Below are positions 63,578-64,000 of a stretch of 64,000 bases of DNA, piece after piece; position 1 is the stretch's first letter; each line of letters opens with the position of its first letter. The notes under the pieces are model-generated. The model saw only the letters and a program-made list of their open reading frames with translations. It had not been told where the DNA came from and did not search any database. The translations under genes were made by a program, and so were the position numbers. This DNA is from Eledone cirrhosa. Lineage: Eukaryota. The stretch covers positions 349,680,001 to 349,744,000 of the forward strand of contig OZ024743.1 of the NCBI GenBank assembly GCA_964016885.1. The letters run 5' to 3'.

Positions 63578-64000
63578 GTGCGTGAATGACTACATCTACA
63601 CCACTTAACAAACGGTTTGCTTCTATATGACCTTAACTGAGCATCTCGATAATTGGAGAGCGATTAATTAAGTACTGACTTAAATATTCATGACTATATG
63701 ATCGACTAAATCCTTGAATGCAGAGCCCCAGCATAGCTCTAGTCCAATGACTCATATCAGGTCTCAAATTTTAAAAGAATTATAGTAATATTGTGCTAGA
63801 CACACTATATATATATACATTTTATATTTTATTAAGCGTGAGGGAGGGTAGAATCAGCAGGAATACGATACTTTCGGATCTAATTTTCTGAAGTATATGG
63901 TTAAGTCTTCATTTTAATATATATTGGTCTCGGTCACAACATATACAGAACTTATTTCAATTTAGTACTTTTTATATCCATCTGTCTTTAACAAATTGTT

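Overview
AT-rich, microsatellite-dense animal genomic DNA. The SINE families and repeat style suggest an octopus or other coleoid cephalopod (inference). One host gene crosses most of the window on the minus strand: four in-phase spliced 3' exons (62723-62550, 43501-43244, 27699-27440, 23542-22704) encode about 509 aa of a beta-lactamase/peptidase S12-type serine hydrolase with YxN and HxG motifs, a DUF3471-like C-terminal domain and a GPI-signal-like tail; its 5' exons lie beyond the window. Everything else is transposon-derived or simple repeat: a mariner relic, several Penelope-like elements (PLEs, YRDD-type RT), three covarying minimal type I hammerhead ribozyme motifs tied to PLE ends, three non-autonomous Helitrons plus a Helitron helicase fragment, many tRNA-derived SINEs, a tRNA-Ala-like cloverleaf, and an ~11 kb nest in which an L1/Tx1 LINE with an apparent 5' inversion is split by a Helitron and a CR1-like LINE. 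The most striking unexplained structure is a recurring set of long palindromes and 1.3-1.9-mer tandem units anchored on (TA)n tracts, one family of which carries a covarying kink-turn-like RNA motif. All calls were read by eye; no database searches or folding programs were run.
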